This document shows, piece by piece, positions 28,485 through 39,897 of a DNA stretch of 64,000 bases. The DNA is from Aulosira sp. ZfuVER01. Lineage in GTDB: Bacteria; Cyanobacteriota; Cyanobacteriia; Cyanobacteriales; Nostocaceae. Each line of letters starts with the position of its first letter. Position 1 is the stretch's first letter. The stretch covers positions 64,001 through 128,000 of the forward strand of contig JAVRCV020000032.1 in assembly GCA_034530615.2 (NCBI GenBank). The letters are read 5' to 3'. The notes under the pieces were generated by a model. That model did not search any database. It was not told the origin of the DNA and was given only the letters and a program-made list of their open reading frames with translations. Both the position numbers and the translations under genes were made by a program.

Positions 28485-30110
28485 ATGAGATACTTAATTT
28501 TAGTTTGGGTGCTTATATTCTCGTTGGTTGTTCCTAGCAACGCTTTAGCTCAAACACTACAGCCCTATACTTTAATTTCTGGGCTGGGAACCCACCAGCA
28601 TCTAGTTTCTACCCAAAATCCGCAAGCGCAACAGTTTTTCGATCAAGGGTTAAATTTGATTTATGCCTTTAACCACGATGAAGCGGCGCGTTCCTTTAAA
28701 TATGCGGCGGAACTCGATCCGCAATTAGCAATGGCATATTGGGGTATTGCGCTGGCGCTTGGGCCTAATATTAACCTGGATGTAGATAGCGATCGCGAAC
28801 AAGCAGCTTATCAAGCAATCCAGCAAGCTGTGGCTTTATCCAACAAAGCATCCCAGCAGGAACAAGACTACATTAACGCCCTCGCAAAGCGCTATTCTAA
28901 CGATTCTCACGCATATCTGTACAAGCTGGCGGTGGATTACAAAAACGCAATGTCAGATTTAGTCAAGCGTTATCCCCAAGACTTAGATGCAAAAACACTA
29001 TACGCTGAAAGTTTAATGGATTTGCACCCTTGGCAACTCTGGACTAAAGATGGCAAACCAGGAGAAGATACTGAAGAGATTGTAGCTGTTTTAGAATCAG
29101 TACTCAAAAGCGAGCCGAACCATCCCGGAGCCAACCACTACTATATTCATACAGTAGAAGCCTCGCTAAACCCAGAACGTGCCCTAGAAAGTGCCAAGCG
29201 GCTAGAAACCTTAGTTCCCTCAGCCGGACACCTGGTACACATGCCTTCCCATATCTATTTCCGTGTAGGAGATTATATAGGGGCGATGCGGTCAAATGCG
29301 CTAGCGATCGCTCAAGATGAAGCTTACATCCAAAAAAATCATGTCGAAGGCTTTTATCCGCTGATGTACTATAGCCACAATGTACATTTCTTGGCAGTAG
29401 CCGCAGCGATGGCAGGGAGGTATCAAGAAGCTATTCAAGCAGCAGATAAATTAGTAACTAATGCTACTCCTTTTGCCGCTAAAGAACCCATGATTGAAGG
29501 CTACCTTGGTACTAAAATCATGGTTCAGGTACGCTTTAGCGACTGGGATAATATACTTAAATCTACTGTTACCAACGATCAATTAGTCACTACTAAAGCA
29601 TTGTGGTATTTTGCGCATGGTATGGCTAATGCTGCCAAAGGTAACATTGAAGATGCCGCCAGCGATCGCGCTGCACTGCTAACTGCTCAACAAACAATTC
29701 CTGAAACCGCAACTATTGGCATGAGTCCTGCTAGTAGTATTTTAAATATTGCCAGCAACCAGCTAGACGCCAAAATTGCCAAAGCCAAGCAGGACTATGA
29801 ATCTGCAATTAAATTACTAGAAACAGCAGTAGCCCAAGAAGACGCCCTCAACTACATGGAACCACCAGACTGGTACATACCTACACGAGAAGCATTAGGT
29901 AGTGTGCTGCTAGCTAAGGGTGATTATGCCGCCGCAGAAAAAGTATTTCGTGCAGATTTGCAAAAATATCCCTTGAATGGGCGTTCGTTATTTGGTTTGC
30001 AAGCTAGTTTGCAAGCACTAGGCAAAGATAAAGACGCTAAAGTTGTGCAAGCTCAATTCGTTAAAGCGTGGAATAATAACAATACACAGCTATTGGTAGA
30101 GAATTTTTAA
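28485..30110 (+). CDS. Exported TPR-repeat protein
   Basis: Signal peptide (..SNALAQ), AQQFFDQGLNLIYAFNHDEA, HPGANHYYIH, GHLVHMPSHIY, EPPDWY. Confidence 0.82.
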   Translation: MRYLILVWVLIFSLVVPSNALAQTLQPYTLISGLGTHQHLVSTQNPQAQQFFDQGLNLIYAFNHDEAARSFKYAAELDPQLAMAYWGIALALGPNINLDVDSDREQAAYQAIQQAVALSNKASQQEQDYINALAKRYSNDSHAYLYKLAVDYKNAMSDLVKRYPQDLDAKTLYAESLMDLHPWQLWTKDGKPGEDTEEIVAVLESVLKSEPNHPGANHYYIHTVEASLNPERALESAKRLETLVPSAGHLVHMPSHIYFRVGDYIGAMRSNALAIAQDEAYIQKNHVEGFYPLMYYSHNVHFLAVAAAMAGRYQEAIQAADKLVTNATPFAAKEPMIEGYLGTKIMVQVRFSDWDNILKSTVTNDQLVTTKALWYFAHGMANAAKGNIEDAASDRAALLTAQQTIPETATIGMSPASSILNIASNQLDAKIAKAKQDYESAIKLLETAVAQEDALNYMEPPDWYIPTREALGSVLLAKGDYAAAEKVFRADLQKYPLNGRSLFGLQASLQALGKDKDAKVVQAQFVKAWNNNNTQLLVENF

Positions 30111-30233
30111 GATTGGGGAATGGGGCATGGAGTATGGGGCAAAAATCAAGAGTCATTGCTCATTTCCCCGCGTCACCGCGTCTCCGCCTCTCCTTGTCAT
30201 CCTTCCCTCATCCCCCAATCCCTAGCCTCTTAT

Positions 30234-30944
30234 CTAAAATTGCCTCACCACTGGTTGACCGTCTTTAACTTCGCCCACTAAAACTAAATTGACGCAATTA
30301 ACGAAAATACCATTTTCTAGAACACCGGGAATGTTATTCAGTGTTTTTTCTAGGTTTACGGGGTCGTCAATAGAGTCAAATCTCACATCTAAAACGAAGT
30401 TACCTTGGTCGGTGATGACTGGGCCAGCTTTTTTAACACCCATACGGAGTTCTGGTTTACCACCAAGTTTCTTGATAGCATCAGTCACCGGAGTTATTGC
30501 CATTGGTATGACTTCTACTGGTACAGCAAAAGTAGAACCCAAACGATCTACTAACTTGCCGCTATCCACCACAACGATGAACTGATTTGCCAAGTAATCA
30601 ACAACTTTTTCACGGGTATGGGCTGCACCACCACCTTTAATCAAATTCTTCTGGGGATCGACTTCATCAGCCCCATCAATAGCAATATCAATGTGGTCAA
30701 TAGCGTCTAAGGTAGTAAGAGGAACACCGTATTGCTTTGCTAGAACTTCTGATTGAAACGAAGTAGGAACACCAACGATATCCTTGAGTTCACCAGACTG
30801 GAGGCGTTCTCCGAGAAACTGAATTGTGTACGCCGTGGTTGAACCCGTACCCAACCCGACAATCGAACCTGATTTGACTAAGGCGGCGGCGGCTTTGCCA
30901 ACTTCTTGCTTCATCAACTTCACGGGGTCTGCTGCTACGGTCAT
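30234..30944 (-). CDS. rpiA: Ribose-5-phosphate isomerase A
   Basis: [29 protein letters not shown] at 30944. Confidence 0.96.
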   Translation of the reverse strand: MTVAADPVKLMKQEVGKAAAALVKSGSIVGLGTGSTTAYTIQFLGERLQSGELKDIVGVPTSFQSEVLAKQYGVPLTTLDAIDHIDIAIDGADEVDPQKNLIKGGGAAHTREKVVDYLANQFIVVVDSGKLVDRLGSTFAVPVEVIPMAITPVTDAIKKLGGKPELRMGVKKAGPVITDQGNFVLDVRFDSIDDPVNLEKTLNNIPGVLENGIFVNCVNLVLVGEVKDGQPVVRQF

Positions 30945-31271
30945 TCCCAAAAATGCTCCATAAAACTTATCTAAAATGAACATAACCCAAAGTTACATAC
31001 ATTTTGCGCTTTACTTGCCGCGTTAACGTGGGATATCGAGGATAAGAGGGACAAGGAAGATAGGGGAGACAAGGAGGACAGGGAGGACAAATAACTATAT
31101 GACTGTTGACTCTTGGCTTTTAACAATTGACAAATGACAAATGACAATATTTACCTACGCAACATTGTTATGTGTAAATTCGTCATGAGATAATCCAGTT
31201 CTACTAAAAGTAGATTTAACAACGGTGACGTTGTTTTTTAATCAAATTTGTGGCTAAAATCGGTTATAATC

Positions 31272-31952
31272 ATGCGTCAGATTATCGGTGTTTTATCCTT
31301 AGTAGCTTTGCTACAAAACTTACCTACAATTCATCTGTTACAAGTAGCAGAAGCAGCTTCTAGCCAGGAGTCTGAAGCAATTCAACAAGTAGTTAATGCT
31401 AAATGGATGACAAACTCTGCCGATGGCAATTTTTATCCAGAAAGGTTAATTAATCGAGCAGAATTAGCTGCGATTATGGTAAAAGTATTTCGACTGGATA
31501 AACGTCAGGCTGTTAGTAAAGAAAATGTAGTAACTCCAGATGTACCCTCTTCTCATTGGGCATTTAATGATATTCAAATAGCCTTAAAGACTGATATTAT
31601 GAAAGGCTATCGGGGTAATTTGTTTTTCCCTAACCAAAAGGTGACAAAAGCAGAAGCCCTAGCAATTTTTGCCCAAGCTTACGGTGTATTTCAGTTTCCT
31701 GATGAAACTGTCAAGGAAATTCTAGCTTCTCATCCAGATGCAACTTCCATCCCATCTTGGGCTAGACAAGCGATCGCTACAGTAATTTCCGAAGGATTTA
31801 TTAATACAGATGCTCAAGGAAATATCTTCCCATTACGTCCCATGACTCGTGGTGATATGGCTTATGTATTGAGTAGATATTTGCAACGGCAACAAAAACA
31901 ACCTGATACACCAGAAGTTCCCAGTGTTCCTGGTAGCCCGCAATCACCATAG
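31272..31952 (+). CDS. S-layer homology (SLH) domain protein
   Basis: FYPERLINRAE, DVPSSHWA..FFPNQKVTKAEA and PLRPMTRGD SLH repeats. Confidence 0.87.
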   Translation: MRQIIGVLSLVALLQNLPTIHLLQVAEAASSQESEAIQQVVNAKWMTNSADGNFYPERLINRAELAAIMVKVFRLDKRQAVSKENVVTPDVPSSHWAFNDIQIALKTDIMKGYRGNLFFPNQKVTKAEALAIFAQAYGVFQFPDETVKEILASHPDATSIPSWARQAIATVISEGFINTDAQGNIFPLRPMTRGDMAYVLSRYLQRQQKQPDTPEVPSVPGSPQSP

Positions 31953-32105
31953 AATTAATTTTGTCTAATGCATTGATTCTGTATCACAGCATTTATACTA
32001 AGTGCGTTTAATTACTAAGAAATACCCAAAAACCTTACCTTGTAATTACCTATATTTTGTAACAGTAGGGTATTTTATGGTGTAGCTTAACGGAAAAATT
32101 GCTGC

Positions 32106-32142
32106 CAAGATCCCCGACTTCGTTAATAAGTCGGGGATCTTG
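32106..32142. repeat. Perfect 15-bp inverted repeat (CCCCGACTT-type dispersed palindrome)
   Basis: CAAGATCCCCGACTT-N7-AAGTCGGGGATCTTG. Related degenerate copy at about 34561-34590. Confidence 0.8.
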
Positions 32143-32581
32143 ATTCAAATATGATTCCCGTATAGATGGGAAAAACTAATCAAATTATTAGTATTTTTTA
32201 CCAAAGTATAGATTGCAAAAGAATTCATCAGTAAAGTTGATTTGATATTGTGCTTTATTGTCAAGTAAATTTGACACTTTTTTAAAGTAATAAAGGCGAG
32301 TAATTTTACGGTGAAGTCAGTTATAAAAGCTATGAATTTTACCAAGATTTTAAACATTTTTTATTACAATTTGTTACATTGATAGAGGTAAGCCAAACCA
32401 AATTCTCTTTGGAAAAGTATTGGCTTATTCATCAATGCAAAAATCAGTAGTAAAACATACCAAATGTCCCAATTTCACCATAAGAGTACAACTTATTTCA
32501 AGTAAAGTACTGTAAGCAACATTACCGTGGGAAAATCAGAGAATATTCAGAAGTAGAGATTAGAGAGGAAAACCCTATAAT

Positions 32582-34489
32582 ATGCATCTGAGCGAAATCA
32601 CCCATCCCAATCAGTTGCACGGTTTATCGATTCGGCAGCTGCAACAAATTGCCCGTCAAATCCGGGATAAGCACCTACAAACGGTAGCGGCAACTGGGGG
32701 ACACCTGGGACCAGGTTTGGGTGTTGTAGAGTTAACTTTAGGGCTTTACCAGACACTGGACTTAGATCGGGATAAAGTTATTTGGGATGTAGGACACCAA
32801 GCTTATCCCCATAAACTAATTACAGGTCGCTACAGCAACTTCCACACCCTCAGGCAAAAAGACGGAATTGCTGGTTATCTCAAGCGCTGTGAAAGCAAAT
32901 TCGATCACTTTGGTGCCGGACACGCTTCCACCAGTATTTCCGCAGCTTTGGGTATGGCTTTAGCCCGCGATTTAAAAGGGGAAAAATTTAAATCCGTTGC
33001 TGTAATTGGTGATGGTGCTTTAACTGGAGGGATGGCTTTAGAAGCTATCAACCATGCAGGACACTTGCCCAAAACTAACCTACTGGTTGTTCTCAACGAC
33101 AACGAGATGTCCATCTCTCCGAATGTAGGCGCAATTCCCCGCTATCTCAACAAAATGCGCCTCAGTCCACCTGTGCAGTTTTTCAAAGATAATTTGGAGG
33201 AACAATTCAAGCACATTCCTTTTGTAGGTGAATCCCTGTCTCCCGAACTCGGACGCATCAAAGAAGGGATGAAGCGTTTAGCGGTTCCCAAAGTTGGTGC
33301 AGTTTTTGAAGAATTGGGCTTTACCTACATAGGTCCAGTAGATGGGCATAATTTAGAAGAATTAATTGCTACTTTCCAACAAGCACATCAAATACCAGGG
33401 CCAGTTTTGGTACACGTAGCAACAGTCAAAGGTAAAGGCTATGAAATTGCCGAACAAGACCAAGTAGGCTACCATGCCCAAAATCCTTTCAATATCTCAA
33501 CTGGCAAAGCTATTCCTTCTAGCAAGCCCAAACCCCCAGCTTATGCCAAAGTCTTTGCCCACACTTTAATCAAACTCGCTGAACAAAACCCTAAAATTGT
33601 TGGGATTACGGCGGCGATGGCAACAGGAACAGGCTTAGATAAACTGCAAGCAAAACTACCCAATCAATATATTGATGTAGGCATTGCCGAACAACACGCT
33701 GTCACCCTAGCAGCTGGACTTGCTAGCGAAGGTATGCGCCCCGTCGCTGCTATCTACTCTACCTTCCTACAACGTGCTTACGACCAAATCGTTCACGATG
33801 TCTGCATTCAAAACCTACCAGTGTTCTTCTGCTTAGATAGGGCGGGAATTGTGGGTGCTGATGGCCCTACCCATCAAGGTATGTATGACATCGCCTATCT
33901 GCGTTGTATTCCGAATATGGTGTTGATGGCACCTAAAGATGAAGCCGAACTACAACGCATGATCGTTACCGGTGTTAACTATACCAAAGGAGCGATCGCT
34001 ATGCGTTTCCCTCGTGGTAATGGTCATGGTGTACCGCTGATGGAAGAAGGCTGGGAACCTTTAGAAATCGGCAAAGGTGAAATTCTTCGCACTGGCGATG
34101 ATGTGTTAATCCTCGGCTATGGCACGATGGTTTACCCAAGTATGCAAGCTGCGGAAATTCTCAGCGAACACGGTATTGAAGCCACTGTCATCAATGCCCG
34201 ATTCGCCAAACCTTTAGATACCGAATTGATTTTACCTTTAGCTAAGAAAATTGGGCGCGTTGTCACTTTAGAAGAAGGCTGTGTCATGGGTGGCTTTGGT
34301 TCTGCTGTAGCCGAAGCCCTACTCGATGCCGATGTTGTCGTCCCTGTGAAGCGCATTGGTGTACCAGATATCTTAGTCGATCATGCGACACCAGATGAAT
34401 CTAAGGCAGCATTAGGTTTAACTAGTCGTCAAATCGCAGAAAGAGTTTTGTCAGCTTTCTTTCAGAAGCAGCTATCTGCTGTTAGCTAA
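32582..34489 (+). CDS. dxs: 1-deoxy-D-xylulose-5-phosphate synthase
   Basis: [51 protein letters not shown]. Confidence 0.98.
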   Translation: MHLSEITHPNQLHGLSIRQLQQIARQIRDKHLQTVAATGGHLGPGLGVVELTLGLYQTLDLDRDKVIWDVGHQAYPHKLITGRYSNFHTLRQKDGIAGYLKRCESKFDHFGAGHASTSISAALGMALARDLKGEKFKSVAVIGDGALTGGMALEAINHAGHLPKTNLLVVLNDNEMSISPNVGAIPRYLNKMRLSPPVQFFKDNLEEQFKHIPFVGESLSPELGRIKEGMKRLAVPKVGAVFEELGFTYIGPVDGHNLEELIATFQQAHQIPGPVLVHVATVKGKGYEIAEQDQVGYHAQNPFNISTGKAIPSSKPKPPAYAKVFAHTLIKLAEQNPKIVGITAAMATGTGLDKLQAKLPNQYIDVGIAEQHAVTLAAGLASEGMRPVAAIYSTFLQRAYDQIVHDVCIQNLPVFFCLDRAGIVGADGPTHQGMYDIAYLRCIPNMVLMAPKDEAELQRMIVTGVNYTKGAIAMRFPRGNGHGVPLMEEGWEPLEIGKGEILRTGDDVLILGYGTMVYPSMQAAEILSEHGIEATVINARFAKPLDTELILPLAKKIGRVVTLEEGCVMGGFGSAVAEALLDADVVVPVKRIGVPDILVDHATPDESKAALGLTSRQIAERVLSAFFQKQLSAVS

Positions 34490-34514
34490 CTACTTATTAA
34501 AGGATAATTAATCG

Positions 34515-34554
34515 AAAATACACCCAACAGTTTAACTGTTGGGTGTATTTTTTT
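34515..34554. terminator. Intrinsic (probably bidirectional) terminator after dxs
   Basis: AAAATACACCCAACAGTT-T-AACTGTTGGGTGTATTTT followed by more Ts, between convergent genes. Confidence 0.82.
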
Positions 34555-34610
34555 CATAAAAACCCCGACTTTTTCAAACAATCGGGGTTCTGGATCTGGT
34601 TTAGGAAAAA

Positions 34611-35792
34611 TCAGTAATGAATGCCAGCTTGTTTAAACCTGTGCAAAACTTCACCCAAGCGATCGCAATCTGCAATTAAACTGATCCTGACATAGCCTTC
34701 ACCTGCAACCCCAAAGGCATTACCGGGAGTCACCACAACACCAGTTTGTTGCAAGACATCTAGAGCAAAATCTGTAGAACCAATGCCCACAGGACATTTT
34801 ACCCAGAGATACATTGTGGCTTTGGTTTTGGGAATATCCCAACCCAACTTTCCTAATCCTTCAATCAAGAAATCGCGGCGGGTGCGGTAGCGTTGTTGGA
34901 CTTCATGCAAATAGACATCTGGCAGTTGCAATGCGGTTTCGGCTGCGGTTTGCAAGGCGGCAAAAATGCCATAATCCAAGTTGGTTTTTAAGGTACGCAA
35001 ACCTTGAATTACATGGCGGTTCCCCACCACAAACCCAACGCGCCAACCAGCCATGTTGTAGGTTTTCGATAAGGTGTGAAACTCTACACCAATTTCTTTG
35101 GCACCGGGAATTTCTAATAAGCTAGTTGGTTGATAACCATCAAAAGCTAATTCGGCATAACACAAGTCATGCACTAACAGAATTTCGTATTTGCGGGCAA
35201 AGGCGACGATTTCTTCAAAGAATTCGCGGGGTGCAGTGGCGGCTGTTGGGTTGCTGGGATAGTTGAAATAGAGAATTTTCGCTTTTTCAGCAACCTCATC
35301 GGGAATCGCGGCTAAATCAATTAACCAATCATTCTCTGGCTTCAGAATCAAGCTATAAACTTGCCCCCCAGCGATTACCGGGCCGCGAAAATGGACGGGA
35401 TAGGAAGGAGAGGGTACAAGAACTATATCACCGGGGTTGATGTAGGCGATCGCTAAATGGGCTAATCCTTCTTTAGAACCCATTAGCGGTAAGGCTTCGC
35501 TATCGGGATCGAGGGTGACACCATAGCGGCGATTGTACCAATTAGTTATGGCACGGCGGAAACTAGCAGTCCCTTCAAAGGGTGGATAACCATGATTTGC
35601 CGAATTTTGTAAGGCGTGCATTGCTGCTTCTACCACAGGCTGTGGCGTCGCACCATCAGGGTTTCCCATCCCCAAATCAATCAAATCCAGCCCTTGTTCT
35701 CTTGCCTTGGCCTTTAGTTCATCGAGACGGGCAAATACATAAGGTGGTAGCTTCTGTATACGTTCTGCTGGGACAATCCAATCCAAACTCAT
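34611..35792 (-). CDS. Class I/II PLP aminotransferase (cyanobacterial aspartate/DapL-like)
   Basis: LPPYVF, DLGMGNPD, NYPSNPT, DLCY, TLSKTYNMAGWRVG. Confidence 0.9.
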   Translation of the reverse strand: MSLDWIVPAERIQKLPPYVFARLDELKAKAREQGLDLIDLGMGNPDGATPQPVVEAAMHALQNSANHGYPPFEGTASFRRAITNWYNRRYGVTLDPDSEALPLMGSKEGLAHLAIAYINPGDIVLVPSPSYPVHFRGPVIAGGQVYSLILKPENDWLIDLAAIPDEVAEKAKILYFNYPSNPTAATAPREFFEEIVAFARKYEILLVHDLCYAELAFDGYQPTSLLEIPGAKEIGVEFHTLSKTYNMAGWRVGFVVGNRHVIQGLRTLKTNLDYGIFAALQTAAETALQLPDVYLHEVQQRYRTRRDFLIEGLGKLGWDIPKTKATMYLWVKCPVGIGSTDFALDVLQQTGVVVTPGNAFGVAGEGYVRISLIADCDRLGEVLHRFKQAGIHY

Positions 35793-36979
35793 TCCTCAAC
35801 CTCGTCACTTATTCCCATGACTGAGACGCGATTTACCGTGTCTCGATTATCTACTGGTGCAGTGGTAGAAACCATCGCTGCCATTAACTGTTCCAGCGCC
35901 ACTTTAAACGGTAGTCGATGGATATCTGAAGTTGGAATTAGTGCTACTTCCGCTGCTGTTTGCAGTTCAGCTAAGGTAATTTTGCCTAATCCCAAATCGC
36001 TCAACTTTTGAGGCAATCCAATCTCTGCATAAAACTTCAACAATTGTTGCCGTGCTGCGGCTGCTAGTTGATTGCCCTGTACCATCTCTTCTAAACGCAG
36101 TTGCACTAAAATTCCATAGGCAACTTTCTCACCGTGAATACTGCTATGTCCGGCAATATGAGTTAAACCATTATGCACAGCATGAGCGGCAACGGTACGA
36201 CACTGTGCCCCTCCAATACCGCCAACTACTCCAGCCATTAAAACTGTGGCGTCTACAACTTCTCGCCAAATTTCACTACCTGGTTCTTGTAAGGCGGTGG
36301 CTGATTTTTGCAATAAAATATCGCGTAAAACTCGTGCTTGTTGGACAGCAGCAATAGTTAAAGTTTGTTGTGAGTGTCCGCTACTTACTGAAGCTTCGTA
36401 CCATTTTGCGATCGCATCGCCAATTCCTGCTACTAATGTATGCTGTGGCGCAGTTTGAATCAATTCGTAATCGAGTATGAGTAAATCGGGACAGCGAGAT
36501 AATGCCACATCATAAAGAAACGCCCCTGCTTCAGAATATACATTCGAGAGGGCAGACCAAGCCGCACAGGTAGCTGCTGAGGTGGGAATTGTCACCACTG
36601 GTAATTGCAACTGATGGGCGACTAACTTCGCTGTATCTAAGGCTTTACCACCACCTACACCGATAATTAAATCAGCTTTATGCTCTTTTGCTGCCTTGCG
36701 CAAAGATTTCAAGCTGGCTTCACAGCAATCTGCACCGTAGGAAGCTTGGGCAATATGTAACTGTTGTTGTGCTAAAAATGGTTGCAAACTCTCTTGAGTA
36801 ATAGCAAGAGTGCGATCGCCTGCCACAATTAAGGGACGACTTCCCAAACTGGCAATCTCTGCTGATGCCGATTCTAAGATGCTGCAACCACGAAGTACTT
36901 TTGCTGGCGCGATCGTCAGCGTCAAGAATGAATTAGATGTTTGAGTAGACAAGGTTTGAGTGGAAGATTGATTGGGCAT
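35789..36979 (-). CDS. Iron-containing alcohol dehydrogenase (glycerol dehydrogenase-like)
   Basis: GVGGGKALDTAK, PTSAATCA, GIGDAIAKWYE, AHAVHNGLT, HGEKVAYG. Overlaps the aminotransferase start by 4 bp. Confidence 0.88.
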   Translation of the reverse strand: MPNQSSTQTLSTQTSNSFLTLTIAPAKVLRGCSILESASAEIASLGSRPLIVAGDRTLAITQESLQPFLAQQQLHIAQASYGADCCEASLKSLRKAAKEHKADLIIGVGGGKALDTAKLVAHQLQLPVVTIPTSAATCAAWSALSNVYSEAGAFLYDVALSRCPDLLILDYELIQTAPQHTLVAGIGDAIAKWYEASVSSGHSQQTLTIAAVQQARVLRDILLQKSATALQEPGSEIWREVVDATVLMAGVVGGIGGAQCRTVAAHAVHNGLTHIAGHSSIHGEKVAYGILVQLRLEEMVQGNQLAAAARQQLLKFYAEIGLPQKLSDLGLGKITLAELQTAAEVALIPTSDIHRLPFKVALEQLMAAMVSTTAPVDNRDTVNRVSVMGISDEVEE

Positions 36980-37606
36980 ATTAATAACTAGTTTGCCAAA
37001 ACCTTGATATTTCTTAATCAAATTAAAAATGCAAATAGGGATTATGCCGAATAGTTATAAGTTAAGCTGATTGCCACTATGAGGAATCAATATGACTCTA
37101 TCAAGCCTTTTACAAACTGATTGAGCAGTTTGACAGTATGGCTCAACTCTAGAGTGCCAACTAGCCTGAAATTCCGAACTATTAAAGTTTTGAATAATCG
37201 TATAACTAATTAACAATACCACTCCCAGAGAAGGAAGGAAAAGGCTTTGGTCATTTGGGTTTGGGGCTGAGGAAGAACCAATGATTTTTCCTGCCACCAT
37301 TACCAATTACTTACTAAAGTAATATCTTAATCTAAAAAAAATAATTATTGTATACTGAAATACAAAAAAGATAATGTTTTCCTGATAACAGGCAAGTTAG
37401 ATTATGCTTACAGGAATATACTTACTAAATACGGCAGTATCAATTGTGCAAAAACCTTGCCGCATATAACAAATATTAATTCAATAGCGTTGGAATATAC
37501 TCTTGATGACTGATGCAAACAACACAATTTGTGTAATAACGAAACCCAACATTTTAAGGTTTGTTGAGTTTCGCCTGTCTGCTACATTTGGACTGCTCTC
37601 TCGCTA

Positions 37607-38383
37607 TCAGGGCTTGCGTGCTGCGAACATCAAAAACAGCGGAATACGCTTTCGCCGTTCGTAGATTTGCAGATCTTGAAAGTGTTCGCGTTGCGGACGC
37701 GCTTCACGCAAATCCTCAACAATCAATCCAGCTTCATTCAGGAGATGGAAATAGTCTTCAACTGTGCGGTGATATTTTTGCACCGTGCCGCCGAGCCAAT
37801 GGGTGACTCGCACTCCAGTCTTAAAATAGTTATCGACAACCCAATCTTGGCGGCGCGTCCCAGAAGTCCAGCCTTGGTCACAGGAAGTAATCGTGGGATG
37901 TTCGACCGAAAACACGAACCTTCCCTCAGGTGCGAGTGCATGGAATATCTGGGTGCAAATTGGTGCTAGATCTGCGACATAATGCAGGGAAAGTCTTGCA
38001 ATCACCAGATCAAATGCTGCGTGTGGATACGTCCAGTTCTCAATCGTCTGCTCAACGATCTGACCTGCCGTGTCAGCAAGTGTCTTGGTTGCAACAGTAG
38101 CCATCTTGTGCGAGCCTTCGATACCAGTGTAGCTCGCAGCACCCTGATGAAGGAGTTCTCGCCCAATTGCTGCATCGCCACACCCCAGATCGAGGATACG
38201 TTTGCCAGTAATGCATCGAATAAGATCCATAATCACTGGCTTTTCTAGCGTATCGTTCGCCGTATCTGCACGTTGACGATGGCGCATATAGGTTGCAAAA
38301 ACCGCCTCATCGTCATAAAAGTTTGGGCCTGTCTGCTCCATCGGTGCTATGCCTCCGCAGTAGGCTGATGACATCATCGGCAT
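37607..38383 (-). CDS. Class I SAM-dependent methyltransferase
   Basis: ILDLGCGDA, FDLVIARLSLHY, FVFSVEHP, YHRTVEDY, IPLFL. Confidence 0.88.
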   Translation of the reverse strand: MPMMSSAYCGGIAPMEQTGPNFYDDEAVFATYMRHRQRADTANDTLEKPVIMDLIRCITGKRILDLGCGDAAIGRELLHQGAASYTGIEGSHKMATVATKTLADTAGQIVEQTIENWTYPHAAFDLVIARLSLHYVADLAPICTQIFHALAPEGRFVFSVEHPTITSCDQGWTSGTRRQDWVVDNYFKTGVRVTHWLGGTVQKYHRTVEDYFHLLNEAGLIVEDLREARPQREHFQDLQIYERRKRIPLFLMFAARKP

Positions 38384-38411
38384 ATTAGCAGATCAACAAT
38401 GAGTACAGATT

Positions 38412-38507
38412 ATACCAATTCAAATAATATTTGCGATACATAAATGATTCGTAAGCGTACAATATTGTTCCCTATCCATCTGTCGCACTCTTGTTTTTAA
38501 TTGGTAT
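38412..38507. mobile_element. ATACCAATT..AATTGGTAT MITE-like element
   Basis: Perfect 9-bp terminal IR plus internal TGCGATA/TGTCGCA symmetry; same end motif as 14686-14796. Confidence 0.65.
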
Positions 38508-38803
38508 TAGTACGGGGAGCCATCCAACTATTTAATATTCGATTTGGATTATTTAGTAAAAATGTACTATTTGTTCGTCCCATTAATTTTGATAGTACAG
38601 TATAATCCCCTAATTAAATAATTTCTTGGTGCATTTATAAGGGATAAAACCCATAATTATATTTAGCTCACACTTTAGTGTGATTACTAATTATGTAACG
38701 ATGACTATTATTTACAGCTACAGTATAATGTCCAAGTTAGAATATGATTGTTTATCAGTTTTTAGACTAATTTTTTGACGATAAGCAACTCTAAATTTAG
38801 CGC

Positions 38804-39004
38804 GTGAATTATCCAGTAAATCTACAGATATATGCCCCATCGATTACTTCCCTTGAAGAACGTGACTGGAAGGTAATGACTGAACTGTTTGATCGGGATG
38901 ATAGTGATGAAATTGAAGCCGATATCAACAGCAGTCTAATGTTGATGATACCTGAGCCATGTTGGGGAGACGATCCTTTTGAATTTTTGCGCGAATATCT
39001 TTAA
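38804..39004 (+). CDS. Small acidic hypothetical protein
   Basis: 66-aa ORF filling the gap before the convergent ABC gene; protein-like composition. Confidence 0.5.
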   Translation: MNYPVNLQIYAPSITSLEERDWKVMTELFDRDDSDEIEADINSSLMLMIPEPCWGDDPFEFLREYL

Positions 39005-39033
39005 AAATTGAAGATGCAAAGCTTGGGCAATGT

Positions 39034-39795
39034 TTAAACAGCGTTGAGGCGGCTGAGGAAAGTACGCAGGCGATCGCTTTGGGGATGTGTCAGAACTTCA
39101 TGTGCAGAACCTTGTTCTACCACAAGACCCTGGTCTAGGAATATGACTCGGTGTGCGACTTCCCGTGCAAATTGCATTTCATGGGTAACTACTACCATTG
39201 TCATCCCCTCTGCCGCCAATTGCTGCATAACTTGTAGAACTTCGCCAACCAGTTCTGGATCTAAAGCGCTGGTGGGTTCATCAAATAGCATAATCTGAGG
39301 ATTCATGCATAAACTGCGGGCGATGGCTACCCGTTGTTTTTGTCCCCCAGAAAGTTGTTCTGGATAAGCAGAAGCTTTGTCAAAAAGACCAACTTTTTCT
39401 AGATACAATCCTGCCAATTGGGCACTTTCTTTAGGTGTTTTTCCCAATACTTTACGCGGAGCCAACGTCAGATTTTCTAGCACACTGAGATGGGAAAACA
39501 AATTGAATTGCTGAAAAACCATCCCTACTTGTGTTCTGAGTTGTCGTAACTGACTATAGTTGATATCAGGCTGGGATAAGTCAATTCCATTGACTACTAA
39601 ATGCCCATAATTAATGCTTTCCAAACGATTAAAGCATCGGAGGAGAGTGCTTTTACCACAACCAGAAGAACCAATCACTGCAACCACTTCTCCCCGATTG
39701 ATTTCACCAGTGATTCCTTTAAGAACTTTCAGAGAGCCAAAGCTTTTTTCGATATTTTCAAAAATAATCGCAGGAATAGAATTGTTCATTGCCAT
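39034..39795 (-). CDS. Polar amino-acid ABC transporter ATP-binding protein (GlnQ/BgtA-like), stand-alone
   Basis: [46 protein letters not shown]. Confidence 0.92.
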   Translation of the reverse strand: MAMNNSIPAIIFENIEKSFGSLKVLKGITGEINRGEVVAVIGSSGCGKSTLLRCFNRLESINYGHLVVNGIDLSQPDINYSQLRQLRTQVGMVFQQFNLFSHLSVLENLTLAPRKVLGKTPKESAQLAGLYLEKVGLFDKASAYPEQLSGGQKQRVAIARSLCMNPQIMLFDEPTSALDPELVGEVLQVMQQLAAEGMTMVVVTHEMQFAREVAHRVIFLDQGLVVEQGSAHEVLTHPQSDRLRTFLSRLNAV

Positions 39796-39897
39796 ACCAT
39801 TTTGGATTTTAGATTTTGGATTGGAAAGACAAATGACTAATGACCAATGACAAAGGACAACCCTGATAACTTCAACTCAAATAATTTGCCTGCGGAA

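Noticed and set aside
32145..32357. 70-aa ORF upstream of dxs
   Set aside because: Low-complexity AT-rich translation in a promoter region, with no RBS or family features
37055..37306. 83-aa ORF and a GAGTGCCAA CIRCE-like half-site
   Set aside because: No recognisable protein features. The left CIRCE arm (TTAGCACTC at 9-bp spacing) is absent and no chaperone gene follows.
38562..38580. LexA-like box TGTACTATTTGTTCG upstream of the 38804 ORF
   Set aside because: Spacing between GTAC and GTTC is one base longer than the cyanobacterial consensus as I recall it
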